Below, piece after piece: positions 39,701 to 51,979 of a stretch of DNA of 64,000 bases. This stretch comes from Selaginella moellendorffii. Lineage: Eukaryota > Plantae > Lycopodiophyta. Location: assembly GCF_000143415.4 (NCBI RefSeq), contig NW_003314329.1:633774-697773 (forward strand), given 5' to 3'. The position numbers and the translations under genes were made by a program. Position 1 is the first letter of the stretch; the number at the start of each line of letters is the position of its first letter. The notes under the pieces were generated by a model. It ran no database searches and had not been told where the DNA came from. It saw nothing but the letters and a program-made list of their open reading frames with translations.

Positions 39701-42632
39701 GAAACCTCGCTCTAGCCACATGGTTAGGGCATGGGTAGAGCACTCAAAGGTAGAAAGTGGGGAGAGTACCCATGAGGCTCACGTAGAGCCACGGTGTTTC
39801 GAAATGTCATCCCAAAGTCTAGTGTAATAACCAAGGATATGATGTGAGGAAGTCCCAAAGGACAATAAGACTTAGTGGTCGGGCTTTTGGGCCTTGACCC
39901 AATGGCGGTGTTAGCAAGCATGGCCAAGGATGAAAAGGGACTTGGTAAGGAGGGGCTAGGTAGTTTTTGAGTTGAGCTCAAGTCAATGAAAGTCAATATA
40001 GTCCACTAAATACAAAAGTTGATGTTTAAATGATTGGTTCGGGACAAACCAACAATTCTATTCAAAACTTAAGACATATTTTCAGGTCAAGAAAAAGCTA
40101 AATAATATAAATCTAATAAGAAAATAAATATCATAAGTCAAAGAAGAAACTCTATATTACCACTAAAAAGTTCGACTAAAGAGAAAACTAAACTTAGTCT
40201 TCCTAGGCATCCACATCCACAAAAGGAGGAGTTTGTATAGTACTATGCTCTCTAACTGTGGGCTCTTGTTGTATATGAGCTTATGCCATTGCTTCTGCAT
40301 AACATGGCAAATTATAGCCCACATCATCGATCCACCTAATATACACAACCACGATGGAATTACTATAAGGAGAAATTTATACTTTATTATCACTTGTTAT
40401 ACAATGTCCTAAGAACACCTTCAAATGCACTCTCCTTCTCTAGTGCAAAAACTACACGCCCAGTCTCTTTAGCCGCTAGCACCATCAAACCAAAACCTAT
40501 TGTAACATCAAGCACAATCCCCTTAGGAGGACAAAACAACTCTAGGAAGATTTGCATGGCCTTTGGTGAATGGTGTCGATAACCAGGGAACTCTATATGA
40601 TGGTCCTTCTCGATGACATTTGGGATGATATTTGTTGAGCTATCATATCTTGGCAATGCCAAACCTGCACGCTCATCAACTCGTGTAATACTGTGATGGC
40701 AAGAGTAGTGGCAGAGAGCATCGTAGTTCCATGCTAAAACTTACAATGAAAAGAGGCAATCAATTTAAGATATTAAAAATAAGGAAATGCAAACCTTTTG
40801 GATTCAGCCACCTGCTCCTTTTGTTTCAACCGGGATGTTTGAGAGTAGGCAGCCTGATGCAAACTCAACCAATCTAGAGTCATCATTCTCCGCCATCGTT
40901 GTAAGAAGACCTCCCCAAAATAAAGAACGGGGAAGAATTACTAGCATAATGCCCTCGTATCGCAACACCTTGGATGCCACATCCACCACTTGAGAAATAT
41001 GGTCCGGTCGAAGGATGTTCTAGGATGGAGTGTCACCTTGTAAAGGTGGTAACCCATCAGGCAGATCGAAGAATGCGAGGTCGATGCCGAAAGTATTGTT
41101 CATTCCCAATCCTCGCATCCATCGATGGAACATAGAAGACTCTTGACTCACATTGTTGGAAAGCTGAAAGTAGTCCCCAATAACTATTTCCACATTGCTA
41201 ACACTTCCCATAGGAGAAAGAGGGCAAACCTAAATAGTGTTCAAAACCAGGAAATATTAAAATTAATACATGTTTTGTTTCATACTTGTTTATGTGAAGC
41301 CGATGAAGATAACTCTTGGAGGTCATCCTCTGTAGCAGTGGGGAGGGATGGAAAGAATGCATTTGTACGTTGACGTATAGAGTGTTGGCTGGTTTCTCCA
41401 ACATCTACAACCAAATTACAATAAGCAAGGTCATTGGAAATCAAGTTCTTACTCTCTTGGACGTCCTCACTATAGAACTGCCTTCATATAATTCGAGCAG
41501 TCGGGGCTGGACGAGCAGTGGTAGTAGGATCTGGGGAATGAGCAATTGCTATAGGATGAGATGGGGCAGGAGAGTTTTCAGCCGGGTTCTCCACTCGTTC
41601 ATCTTCGGTCTGCTCAATATGAATCTCATCCCTGTCTTGAGGCATCTCCACTCCCTCCAAAAGTGCCTCTACAATAAAGTAGAAACATAAGTTACTACTA
41701 GCAAATTTTACTCATCAAACCTAGATGACACTTGAGGTAGAGATCAAGCTCAAAAGGTGACGATGGCATTTGCCTCCACAACTCCAAATACCATGGACAA
41801 AGTTCTCGCTCCCGTGCAATGGAACACTGAAACTCTGGCTCATACATGCCAAGTTTCTTCCCACCAGTTAAGAGCTTGAGAAAAACACTTGTTGTATACA
41901 TTGGAGCACTTGGGCAATGATTTAAATACCTACAAAAGAGTCATGATTAAATAAACAAATCAATTTTTTGCAATGTACCTATATGCCATGCGATTTGAGA
42001 AAAATGGTTGGCCCGGCTGGTTCTTGAAATCCATAGAGCTTGAGTTGCCATCAGGAAGCCATCCATCCCCAAGCTCTTGAAGGGAAACTCGAACATATTC
42101 TGGAAGTGTTATGCCAATGTGGGCACTAGTAAGGAACTTCATATCCCATACTTGAAGTAGCTCCTTAGCAGCTGCAATACTCTGAGTGACATAGAGCTTC
42201 TCCTTCATCATATTCTCAAGTTTGCTCTCCAACCTCTTATCATTGTTACGATGCCAAGTGTTGAGGAGTTCCAAGCAAGAGGTTTGTTCATTGAATGAGA
42301 GCTTGCTTTTTGCGATGTTATAGATTGTTATGATCCGGCACAAAAAGACAGAGATCTAGTCGCCCTAGACTATGCTATGCCACCTCTTGAGGTTCCTCAC
42401 CACCCAACCACCCCCGAGCTACTTCAAAAACTCCACTGTGCCGCCGCTCCACTGTGAGCCCTAGAGCAGGTTAAGTCCCTTACCCTAACATGCCTTAATA
42501 TACCCTTGAGCCTCCCTTTGACTGACATTGACCACATAGTCAAAGCTGGCACCTAACAATTCTTCCCCCCCAACAAAGTCCTTGTCCCAAGGACGAGTTG
42601 TACTGGTGATCACCCTTTCTGGGGAACCCTGC

Positions 42633-44387
42633 TCAAGCTCCTAGTCCATCTTCCACAGTCGTATACATCAAGAAGGCATTGGGCCCGTCACTCCGAGATA
42701 GTACACCTTTCAACTGGCTGACATAAAATACCAGATGAACTTTCACCTCAGCTGGCAGCCGCACCCTATAAGCCGTTGTACCAATGCGCTCCAGCACTTC
42801 ATATGGACTAGCATATCGATAGGAAAGTTTATCACTCTTCCCTGTCTGTAAAGGCACCAAGGTGTTCCGCTGCTCATTTGACGGAAAGATCACGCGCACA
42901 AAGATGAGATCACCCATCTTATATTCTCGGAATTAGCGATGCTCATTGGCAAAATTCTCTGCTCTATCCTGAGCTGCTTGCAAATTCCATTTACACACCA
43001 CCAAAATCTCATCAAGTTCTGTGGCCAAATCAGTTGCCTCAGAATGAAGCTTATCTTGAACGTCCTTACTCAAATGCAATCCCAACTCCACCGCTGTTCG
43101 AGGATGCCTTCCAAACATGGCAAAGTAAGGACTTAGCTTAGTTCCACTGTGTTGGCTATTGTTGTAAGAAAATTGCACCAACGGAAGATATAAATCCCAC
43201 TGTCCTTGCCTTTGACCAATGCTACAACGTAGTATATCCTCCACCACCTGATTCACACGCTCAGTTTGCCCATCCGTTTGAGGATGATCTCCACTCGAGA
43301 GTTTCAAAGTCACTTGCATAGCCTTTGCAAAGCTTTTCCAAAATCCACTTGTGAACTTTGAATCTTGATCACTAATGATATCCTCTGGCAAACCAAAATC
43401 AAGAAAAACCTTCTCCAAGTAAACCGCAGCCAAGTCTGAGGTAGTGACAGTCTTCTGAAGAGCCAACAACCGTACATACTTCGTCAACCAATCCACTATG
43501 ACCCATACTTGCTCCTTTTGCCTCTATGTTCATGGCAAATAAGTGATGAAGTCCATAGAGATACTACACCAACGGCTTTGAGGAATAGGTAAAGGTTGCA
43601 AAAGTCCCTCCGGCTTCTCCAGTGGCACCTTAACCCGTTGACAAAGCTCGCATGATTTACAATACTTGAGGATATCAGCCTTCATATTCCTCCAATAAAA
43701 GTTGCACTTAATCAACTCATATGTCTTTTTCCCCCCAAAATGAATGGCCTTTGGAAAATCATAATAGTGGAATAAAACTTGAGTAATTAACACATCCACC
43801 CGTGGCAAATATACACGGCCATTGTAGTAGAGAATCCCATCCACCAATGAGAAAGGAGCTTCCATTTAGTCTCGCAAAGAGGCCACTTCAGCATCCTGAG
43901 CCTGAGCATGCTCAACCAACTGCCCAAACTCGCTAACCACCTTACTCAAATGATGACAAAATCGTGTTTGTAACGTCATCACATGATGAACACGAGATAA
44001 AGCATCTGCCACCACATTTGATTTTCCTGGACGATGCTCAATAGGAAACTCCCCAAACTCCATAAATTTGACCATCCAACGAGCTTGCTTAGTGTTTAAC
44101 TCCTTCTGTGTGAAAAAATACACAAGTGGTTTGTGATCTATCAACACCACGAACACTGCACCATAAAGATAATGCCACCATGTCCGCAAAGCATGAACAA
44201 TAGAGAGTAACTTTTGCTCATATGTGGAATAGCATTGCCCCGCGGAATTCAAAGTTTGACTCTCATATGCAATAGGCTGTCCCTCTTGTATGAGAACTCC
44301 TCCCAGTGCATAACCACTCGTATCGTATGTCACCTCATAAGGTTTCGATGGATCAGCAATGTGAAGCACTAGAGTCTCGCTCAACAA
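42633..44387 (-). pseudogene. pol: RNase H and integrase, broken into several ORFs
   Basis: DTSGYALGGVLIQ; HRPGKSNVVADALSR; HFGGKKTY..CKSCELCQ; ISMDFI; ISDQDSKFTS; HPQTDGQTER; GPY-like ASPYEVLERIG. Confidence 0.92.
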
Positions 44388-44501
44388 TCATTTCAGCGCC
44401 ACAAAACTCTCCTCTTGTGGCTTCTTCCACTCGAATGGCACATTCTTGCGTAACAACCGCGTCAAAGGAATAGCCACCTCTGCAAACTTATGCTGGAAAC
44501 G

Positions 44502-45872
44502 TCAGTAGTAACTACCTATACCAAGAAAATTGCGCAACTCAGCCACTATAGTTGGTGTAGGCCAGTTTTCCACCACAGCCACCTTCCTTGGATCCGTCTT
44601 GACACCCTTAGATGTCACAATATGGCCTAGATATTCCACCTCCGACTTTGCAAATTCATATTTGCTCTTTTTTGCATAAAGTTTGCTGTCTCGAAGTAAC
44701 AAAAGAACCTTGCGCAAATGCACCCTATGCTCCTCCATATTCTTGCTAAAAACAAGAATATCGTCCAAGAAAATCTCCACAAACTCATGAAGATAATGCC
44801 CAAATACCTTTGTCATCAACCGAGTAAATGTGGCCGATGCATTTGTCAAACCAAACGGCATAATTGTAAACTCAAAATGTCCGAAGCTTGTGTTGAATGC
44901 CGTCTTGGAGATAGATGCATCATCCATTGCAATCTGATGATATCCACTCCTCAGATCAATCTTGGTAAACACTCGTGCTTCACCAAGCTTGTCTAGGATA
45001 TCATCCACACATGGCATCAGCATCTTATCCTTCACTGTCTTCTTGTTCAAAGTGCGGTAGTCAATACACATTCGCATTGAACCGTCCTTCTTCACAAGCA
45101 AGACTGGAGCATCAAACGGAGACTTACTTGGCTGAATAAATCCAAACTCAAGTAACTCCTTGACTTGTCGTTGAACTTCTTGCTCCTCCGCATAACTTAA
45201 CCGAAATGGACGCCAGTAAATTGGTCGCGTCCCCGGCTCCAATGGAATCCCATGCTCCACACCTTGTAATGGAGGCAATCCATGAGGAAGTTCAGATGGA
45301 AAAACATCAGAAAACTCGTCTAGTACATCCCGTACTACTGCTTCTCCCCCACACGTGCCTTGGTCCCCCAAGTCACGAACAAACAGCAAGTAACTCGAAA
45401 GTGCTTTTCCATTACGACAAGCCTGCTTCAAAGATGTAGCAGAGAGCATAACAACTGGTGGTTGAATGCCCTTGCCAAACCACACATCTTTAACGCCACC
45501 ATACTCCAGCGAGATACGCTTAATACTCCACCTTATCTCTGGATCCACCTTCACCAACCATGGCATCCCGAGAATGAGATCCACATGATGGATATCCGCG
45601 AGATAAAAAATCTCCACAAGTGTAGTTTTGCCAACCAACACTTCCAGCCCCTCGACACAAGCATCGAAATGCTGAGTAGAGGTAGCTGCACCTTCCACTG
45701 TGTATGGAAGAATGCTGCGTGTGACCAGGCCATGCTCCGCAACAAACTTTGCAGAAACAAAGTTGTCATCACTCCCACTATCCAGTAAAATCCGCACTGG
45801 ATTGCCACGGAACACGCCCTCCAGCATTAAAGCTGATTCACACGTATCCTCGAGCTCCATCTTGTTCCACAC
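44502..45872 (-). CDS. pol: aspartic protease plus reverse transcriptase
   Basis: LLDSGSDDNF; MRMCIDYRTLN; KIDLRSGYHQI; MPFGLTNA; FLDDILVFS. Confidence 0.95.
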   Translation of the reverse strand: MWNKMELEDTCESALMLEGVFRGNPVRILLDSGSDDNFVSAKFVAEHGLVTRSILPYTVEGAATSTQHFDACVEGLEVLVGKTTLVEIFYLADIHHVDLILGMPWLVKVDPEIRWSIKRISLEYGGVKDVWFGKGIQPPVVMLSATSLKQACRNGKALSSYLLFVRDLGDQGTCGGEAVVRDVLDEFSDVFPSELPHGLPPLQGVEHGIPLEPGTRPIYWRPFRLSYAEEQEVQRQVKELLEFGFIQPSKSPFDAPVLLVKKDGSMRMCIDYRTLNKKTVKDKMLMPCVDDILDKLGEARVFTKIDLRSGYHQIAMDDASISKTAFNTSFGHFEFTIMPFGLTNASATFTRLMTKVFGHYLHEFVEIFLDDILVFSKNMEEHRVHLRKVLLLLRDSKLYAKKSKYEFAKSEVEYLGHIVTSKGVKTDPRKVAVVENWPTPTIVAELRNFLGIGSYY

Positions 45873-46024
45873 ACAATTGAGCTGACGAGCAACGATCGAA
45901 AGTCACTTCCTCTGACCAGAATGGTTGTTCTCCTCATCCTCACGCTGCAAAGTTTGCAACTTTTTAGTATCTGACTTACTGTGAGAAGAAGATTGGCCAT
46001 TCTTCTTGTCCTGCTGCTTGTTCT

Positions 46025-46696
46025 TCAACTGCGGACAATCAGCCTTGTAGTGTCCAAGTTCGCCGCCTGTCTATAATTCTTCACAAAGAACTTTTGCTTC
46101 TTGGACCCCTTTGCATCTGAAGTAGTCACCACTAACTTCAACTTGTGATGCTTGTTCCCATCCTTGTGTCCACGGCAATCATCACAACAATTCTTGACAG
46201 AAGAACTTTGCAAACGCTTGTGAGACTTGTGCTTGTCATTGTCAAGTCGACGAGCTGCATCAAAGAGCTCCTCCAAACTCTTTGTAGGTTGAGATTGACG
46301 CAAGTGTTGCCGCATGCTCTCACTATGTAGACCATCAATGAAGTAGGACTTGTTCTGATCTAGATCCTTCGTTGGAACACAACTAATCAAGTGAGTAAGC
46401 TTCTCAATATAGTCCCCGAGTGTCATTTTCCCTTGCTGGAAATGTCGAAGTTCCGTATGAGCATTCTCCACATCGTAATGAGGGGCAAAACGTAAATGGA
46501 AAGCAGCCTCAAATTCATCCATGGTAGACACTGGTGGTTTCTTATCCGCAACACGGGACTCCTCAAGCCAATTCCACCATCGAAGACCCACATCATGCAA
46601 AACCATTGGAATAGCCACTAAAGCCTCTGCATCTAGAGTTCCTCTAGCAGCCAAGAATTTCTTCACATTAGCTAGCCAAGAGAGACAGTCATCCAC
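46025..46696 (-). CDS. gag: retrotransposon Gag (partial ORF, frameshifted before the zinc knuckle)
   Basis: LRWWNWLE...FEAAFHLRF...LRHFQQGKMTLGDYI; ELGHYKADCP knuckle remnant in the adjacent frame. Confidence 0.85.
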   Translation of the reverse strand: MDDCLSWLANVKKFLAARGTLDAEALVAIPMVLHDVGLRWWNWLEESRVADKKPPVSTMDEFEAAFHLRFAPHYDVENAHTELRHFQQGKMTLGDYIEKLTHLISCVPTKDLDQNKSYFIDGLHSESMRQHLRQSQPTKSLEELFDAARRLDNDKHKSHKRLQSSSVKNCCDDCRGHKDGNKHHKLKLVVTTSDAKGSKKQKFFVKNYRQAANLDTTRLIVRS

Positions 46697-48950
46697 ACCA
46701 CCATCACCAGAAAAAGTTGGAATCTTGAGTCAATCTACCAAAGAAGGCTTACTTGGAGCGCTACCCCATCCAGCCTCGAGTGCCTCAACACGCCCATGCA
46801 TGGTATCCATCATGCTATGCATCTCGTCTTGCATCTCTTGCTGATTTTTATTAAGGGCTCACAGCTCATGAACCACATCTTGAATGGTCCAAATCTCTGC
46901 AGCTTCGTCGGCACCATCGTCGGCACCACCATCGACAATAGGATTCCAGCGTTTAGCTTGATCGGCCATCGCAACCAACTTCTCTAATACCAATGTTATG
47001 ATCCGGCACAAAAAGACAGAGATCTAGTCCCTAGACTATGCTACGCCACCTCTTGAGGTTCCTCACCACCCAACCACCCCCGAGCTACCTCAAAAGCTCC
47101 ACTAGGCTGCCGCTCCACTATGAGCCCTAAGGTAGGTTAAGTCCCTTACCCTAACATGCCTTAATATAACCTTGAGCCTCCTTTTGACTGACATTGACCA
47201 CGTAGTCAAAGCTGGCGCCTAACAATGATCAATTTTTCAGGTGCTTTACCATTTCCTGCAAGGACAAGGATTTCAAAGTGGAATGAGAAAGATAAAAGGG
47301 ACTAACTTACTGCCACGAGAGCATATCTCTGCAATGCAATCCAACCAATCTTTATCGTAGCAAATGTTTGCAATCGCAAGTAGCTTCTTCACCTTTGATT
47401 TCTTTGAGTTCAAAATGCACTGCTCAATTTGTCATAGTTCAAGGTTCTTTTGCACTTCATCCATCACTTGTGTAATCTTCAAATATGAATTTTGCTCTGT
47501 CTTGACAATTGGCTAAAAGGAAAATTTGTGTGTAGAAAACACAAGTTCATGTAAGTAAAGGATACCTTTGCCCAGAGCGCAACCAAAAAAGGCACCTGAT
47601 ACCAAGTAAGCAACTCTTGGCTTTTACGTGCTACAAGCTTTGCTTGAACTGCTTCCATAACCTCACGACTATACAGCATTTGGATTTCGTCGAGAGAAAG
47701 CATGCCAACATATCGAAGGTGCTCAATATCATGGACCAAGGTATGTGCTTGGAAAGAAAATTGATTAACCTTGTAACATAGTTGGTGAGAACAAAGGTTA
47801 CAAGTAAAAGATTCTTACATGTTGATCTTGTGACATGCCAAGTTGAGCCTCACAGCTTGGTTTCGATCCTGTGGCTCCACAAGTGTCACTGGAACATAAA
47901 TATGTCACTTGTCATCGTCTTGGAACTTCTCTTGGATACACCTCCAAAACGCAAGCCACCGGTGGTTTCCATCAATAATGAAGAACATCCAGCCTACAAA
48001 GGCTTGTGTCTCCTTGTGGCACACCATCAAAGTATCAAACTCCTAAGATTTCTTCTGCCATATTTTATCCCAAGTCTACTCAATCTCATGAGTAACCATG
48101 TCTATGCGATTTGTTCCGGGAAATGATGACGACACAATAAACAATCCAGCAGTGTGCCCAAATCCAACCTCTATGAAAGAGGTATAAATAGCTATGTTGA
48201 GGTCATAGGCTGAGCGCACCCAGTGACTTTGCTTAAGACGGCAAAGTGGAATCTCAAGATGTTGGGATCCTTTCCAAGCCATTTCACCTAACACCCTATT
48301 GATAGTTCATTCTTGAGCCTAGATAATAGTCTCGTGTACTTGCTCATTCAAGATCGTGTCGGCCTCTAGCATAGTTACCACCTCATTTCTGTGACCTTCG
48401 GGAGCGGTAGCATGTCCGCCATTTCCACCACCAAGATCTGCCCCACCACCTATAGCACTAGGTGCTTCATTTCTGCCACCAACTTCCACACCACCACCTA
48501 TGGCACTACCACCAGCAGCTTCTCCTGTGCTATAGCTAGTTTCTGCATTTCCATGCTCTCTAGAACCATCTGGCTCTTGCATGCTAACACCTGGATCAAG
48601 ATCAACCATTACTTGGATCTGGACACCACTGCTCCCACCATGGTCTTCCTCCGAAGGAGCGCTTTGAACTTGTGAGGTGTCCCTAGTGAATCTAGCACAA
48701 CGATCTAGCCACTTTCCTGGAGAACGGGTCTATTGAGGTTGACCGGGACGCTTCTTCTGTTGTGGCATGATTTATATATCTGCATGAAAATGACAAATAA
48801 ACTTGAGTAAACATTAAAAAAACCGCAAAGAAGTTCCCTTGGTGCTGGGAAGATTGGTTCATCACCGAACCAATCTTTGCAGCACCAAGGGAACAATAAA
48901 AAGAAGAAAAGAAGAAGTTCCCTTAGTGCTGGGAAGATTGGTTCGCCGCC

Positions 48951-51900
48951 AAGGAGTGAAGGATGAAGTTCTTATTCTCTTTAGTGACGAAAGTGAAGAA
49001 GATGAGCTTCCCGACATAGCTTCCTATACAAATAGGTCCGTTCCTTTTGGACCAATTTTTGAAGCGGTGGATAATGCATTTTAACAATCTCGATTCGAAA
49101 TATAGAACCCGTGATAAATTTAAACAAGTATAAGTTAATACTTAACTCTACTTTATCACTAGAAACACTATTTTTTTCGCAGAATAAAGAACTGGATGCG
49201 AGAAGGGTGAGATGGAAAGTTTCAATCTGGATTGGATGCAATTTTAGACTTAAAAAGAAAATGTCCCTATGAATTTATTCATGGGAGTTTGTTCATTGGC
49301 CAAGTGACTTTGAACAGTCAATGCCCTTTCATCTTTAAAATGTCCGCCCTTGGTCTTGCTTCTGGTGTGGACCTTGTACAACAAATGGATATGGAAGGAG
49401 ATGGGGATTTGGCTAATTCTTGGATCCATTTCGACCATATGGAACGAGTTTCAGGCTGGTCAACAATGGAAGCTTATGTTTATGATCACAAGTAAGTGGT
49501 TATTTATTTTTTAAGGATCCATACCGATTTACATTATAACCATTCCTTCTATAGGTTGCAATGCAACTTAACTATAGCTATAGCCGAATTTAAGGTTCAA
49601 GATTTCCAAGCACAAACCATCTTTTGGATGTGTATGTCTGAGGTTGTTGAACAGCGAACCGGGAAGAAACCCAACTTCCGTGGTTTCATAGCAAATGTTG
49701 CTGGTGCTAACTGGTTGGCTGTATGACAAGTATTCGGAGGTGATAAAAATCAGCCATTACAAGGTAGAGAGAAGAGTTGTGAGTTTCATTGGGCAAAGAG
49801 CATCAATGAATATTGCCGATGCATCAAATCTAGCTTCCATCATGAGTTCAAGCAGCTTTGTCGGGAATGGATGGATGCACCAACTTAAGAGGAGCATGAG
49901 GCAAAAGCAAATGAGATGCACATATGGTGGCATGAAGGAGAAAAAGTGCTAATTGAACACCTTCCACAAATGGAGTGTTGGCTTGCATGATTGGAAGTTT
50001 GAATGTTTCAATGGGGCCATTATATTCTCTGTAAGTTTTCTCTCATTTTCTTTTTTTCTCACATTCAAATGTTGCATTTTTCCTATGATCAACCACTTGA
50101 TGACATTGCACTTACACCAACAATTAATCTCTCTGAGAGCAAACATTGGAGTTGGAAAGCTTTCAAAGTAGGGAAAGGAAAAGTATTCCTCTATGAAGCT
50201 ACACTTTCCGACCTCACTAGATCTCTTGAGCAGTCATCAAAAGCTTTGGCTGCACAGGAAACAAGGTTTGGTAGTACATGTCTAAACTTAGAGAAGCTTC
50301 AAGAGCAGGTTGGTAAAAGGATAACACCAGTAGCAAGGTCAATATCTAAGATGGTGGGGGAAGTTGTTACTGGAACTCCTATGGAATCAAGTTATGAACC
50401 ACTTGGGGACATGAGGATAGCCCGTTTGAAGCGTCGACAGACATTTGATGGGCCCAACATCACTCCTTCTAGCTCCCACCATCCAGAGTTTTACTACCAT
50501 TCTGTTCCATGACACTGGAGAAGAACTAAGGAACATGGAGTGGAGGAGATGCCAATTGTTACACATGTAAATCCAGTGCTAGAGGTTGAGAAGATTATTG
50601 CTTGTGAGCCAGCTTCTCGTATCAACTGGGCAGTTTGAAGAGTCAATGCCAAGAGTAATGCGTGTTGCTCTGGAATGATTGGGAGTCGAGGTCAGTGTCT
50701 TGCATTTGTGTGCTCAAGTTCAAGTTCTTCAGCAGTTCCATGTTTATGGGGCTGTTGAGATCTAGGGGTAAAGGGTCGCCAGTCAAGTTGGATTTACTGT
50801 TGTGGGACTGATGTTGCTCATACAAACCAGATCCACAGCTCAATTATCTTGAAGCCAAATTCTATGCCAGAGGAGTGGCCAGTTGAGCGAAGTTGCAATC
50901 TTTTAAAAGAAGAGATTGAAAGTCTAGAGAGAGCTAGTTTCAAGCTGAAGACTTCCTCAAATATTGCTATTGATACTGCTATGCCACCAATGTCAACACT
51001 AGACTGGTGTAACGCTCCTGAGTTTGGACTTCCCGGGAGGTCACCCAGCCTAGTACTATTCAAACCCAAGGACGCTTAACCCCAAATATCCCAAGACCCT
51101 TAACCGATTGGAAAAGGGGGTGCACTCTTGTTCATGGGCCCTTTCCCTCTATATTTGAACCCCATGGATCGTCTCTCAAGTCGTTCCCTTTGGTTGCTTA
51201 CAATCCACCACGCTTCCCTGCAAGTTCATGCCCTCGTGAACGGAAGCTGAGAGTTGCAGCTCTCCCGAGAGCCCCGCTCTCTTGACACCCTACCCCTCGG
51301 GTCGAGCCTAGCGGGAGCAAACTGGACCAGCCAGATATCAATCAACATGTGGTGTGATTCCCTTAGCCAACCAACAGAGTCGGACTCGAGACCGCTCTGA
51401 TACCAAATGTAACGCTCCTGAGTTTGGACTTCCCGGGAGGTCACCCAGCCCAGTACTATTCAAACCCAAGGACGCTTAACCCCAAATATCCCAAGACCCT
51501 TAACCGATTGGAAAAGGGGGTGCACTCTTGTTCATGGGCCCTTTCCCTCTATATTTGAACCCCATGGATCGTCTCTCAAGTCGTTCCCTTTGGTTGCTTA
51601 CAACTGGCATACACGACCAGCTAGAAATGGGAAGACTGTACAATATAGGTCTTCCATTTCAAAAGGTGCACAAGAGAAGATCAAGCTAGCAAAGGCGTTG
51701 AAATGCACAATCACAAGGATAAACTACATCAGTGTCATGGCTAAGGAGTTTGTTGTTGTGACTGAGTCGTCAAAGGGTACGAGCTACACTATCAGAATCT
51801 GCGAAAATCCATCATGTACCTGTCTAGATTTTATACAGAGGGAGAACAGGGGAAAGGTATATTTAGCCTGCAAGCACATCTATTACATTTTTATGCAGGA

Positions 51901-51979
51901 ACTAAACCAAGATCCTAAGGTCGACCATCACATCCATCAGGCAAGCTTTAAAATTGTAGAGCTTGAGAAGTGTTTCTAG
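48951..51979 (+). pseudogene. MULE-type DDE transposase with C-terminal SWIM finger, copy 2 (introns, stops, Cassandra insertion)
   Basis: WIHFDH (first D); FRGFIANVAGANW (second D position, here N); SCEFHW (CxxH); TINLSESKH (E); CTCLDF...ACKHIYYIF. Confidence 0.85.
51008..51602 (-). mobile_element. Cassandra-type TRIM, young; LTRs 51008-51202 and 51408-51602
   Basis: 195-bp LTRs differing at one position seen; TSD ACTGG; PBS TGGTATCAGAGC (51394-51405, minus strand); 5S-like block 51026-51080; empty site in copy 1 (~33369). Confidence 0.95.

Larger units (their letters stand above)
42326..47224 (-). mobile_element. Ty3/gypsy LTR retrotransposon, near complete but decayed; LTRs 42326-42558 and 46994-47224
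   Basis: TG..CA LTRs about 94% identical by eye; PBS TGGTATTAGAG; PPT GGGGGGGAAGAA; imperfect TSD TAGAT/ATGAT; empty site in copy 1 (~29893); order gag-PR-RT-RH-INT. Confidence 0.95.
40390..48768 (-). pseudogene. ParB/Srx-like plus amino-methyltransferase fusion gene, copy 2, interrupted by the gypsy element
   Basis: MPQQKKRPG start; EIPLCRLK..VR; MFFIIDGNHRWLAF (DGNHR at 47959-47973); IVIGDYFQL...IDLAFFDLPDG; KVLRYEGIM; SPKAMQIFLELFCPPKGIVLDVTIGFG..AAKETGRVVFALEKE; short GT-AG introns; internal stops. Confidence 0.8.

Noticed and set aside
51026-51080. 5S rRNA gene
   Set aside because: Only the internal promoter half is present, embedded in TRIM LTRs; the same holds for the other five LTR copies.
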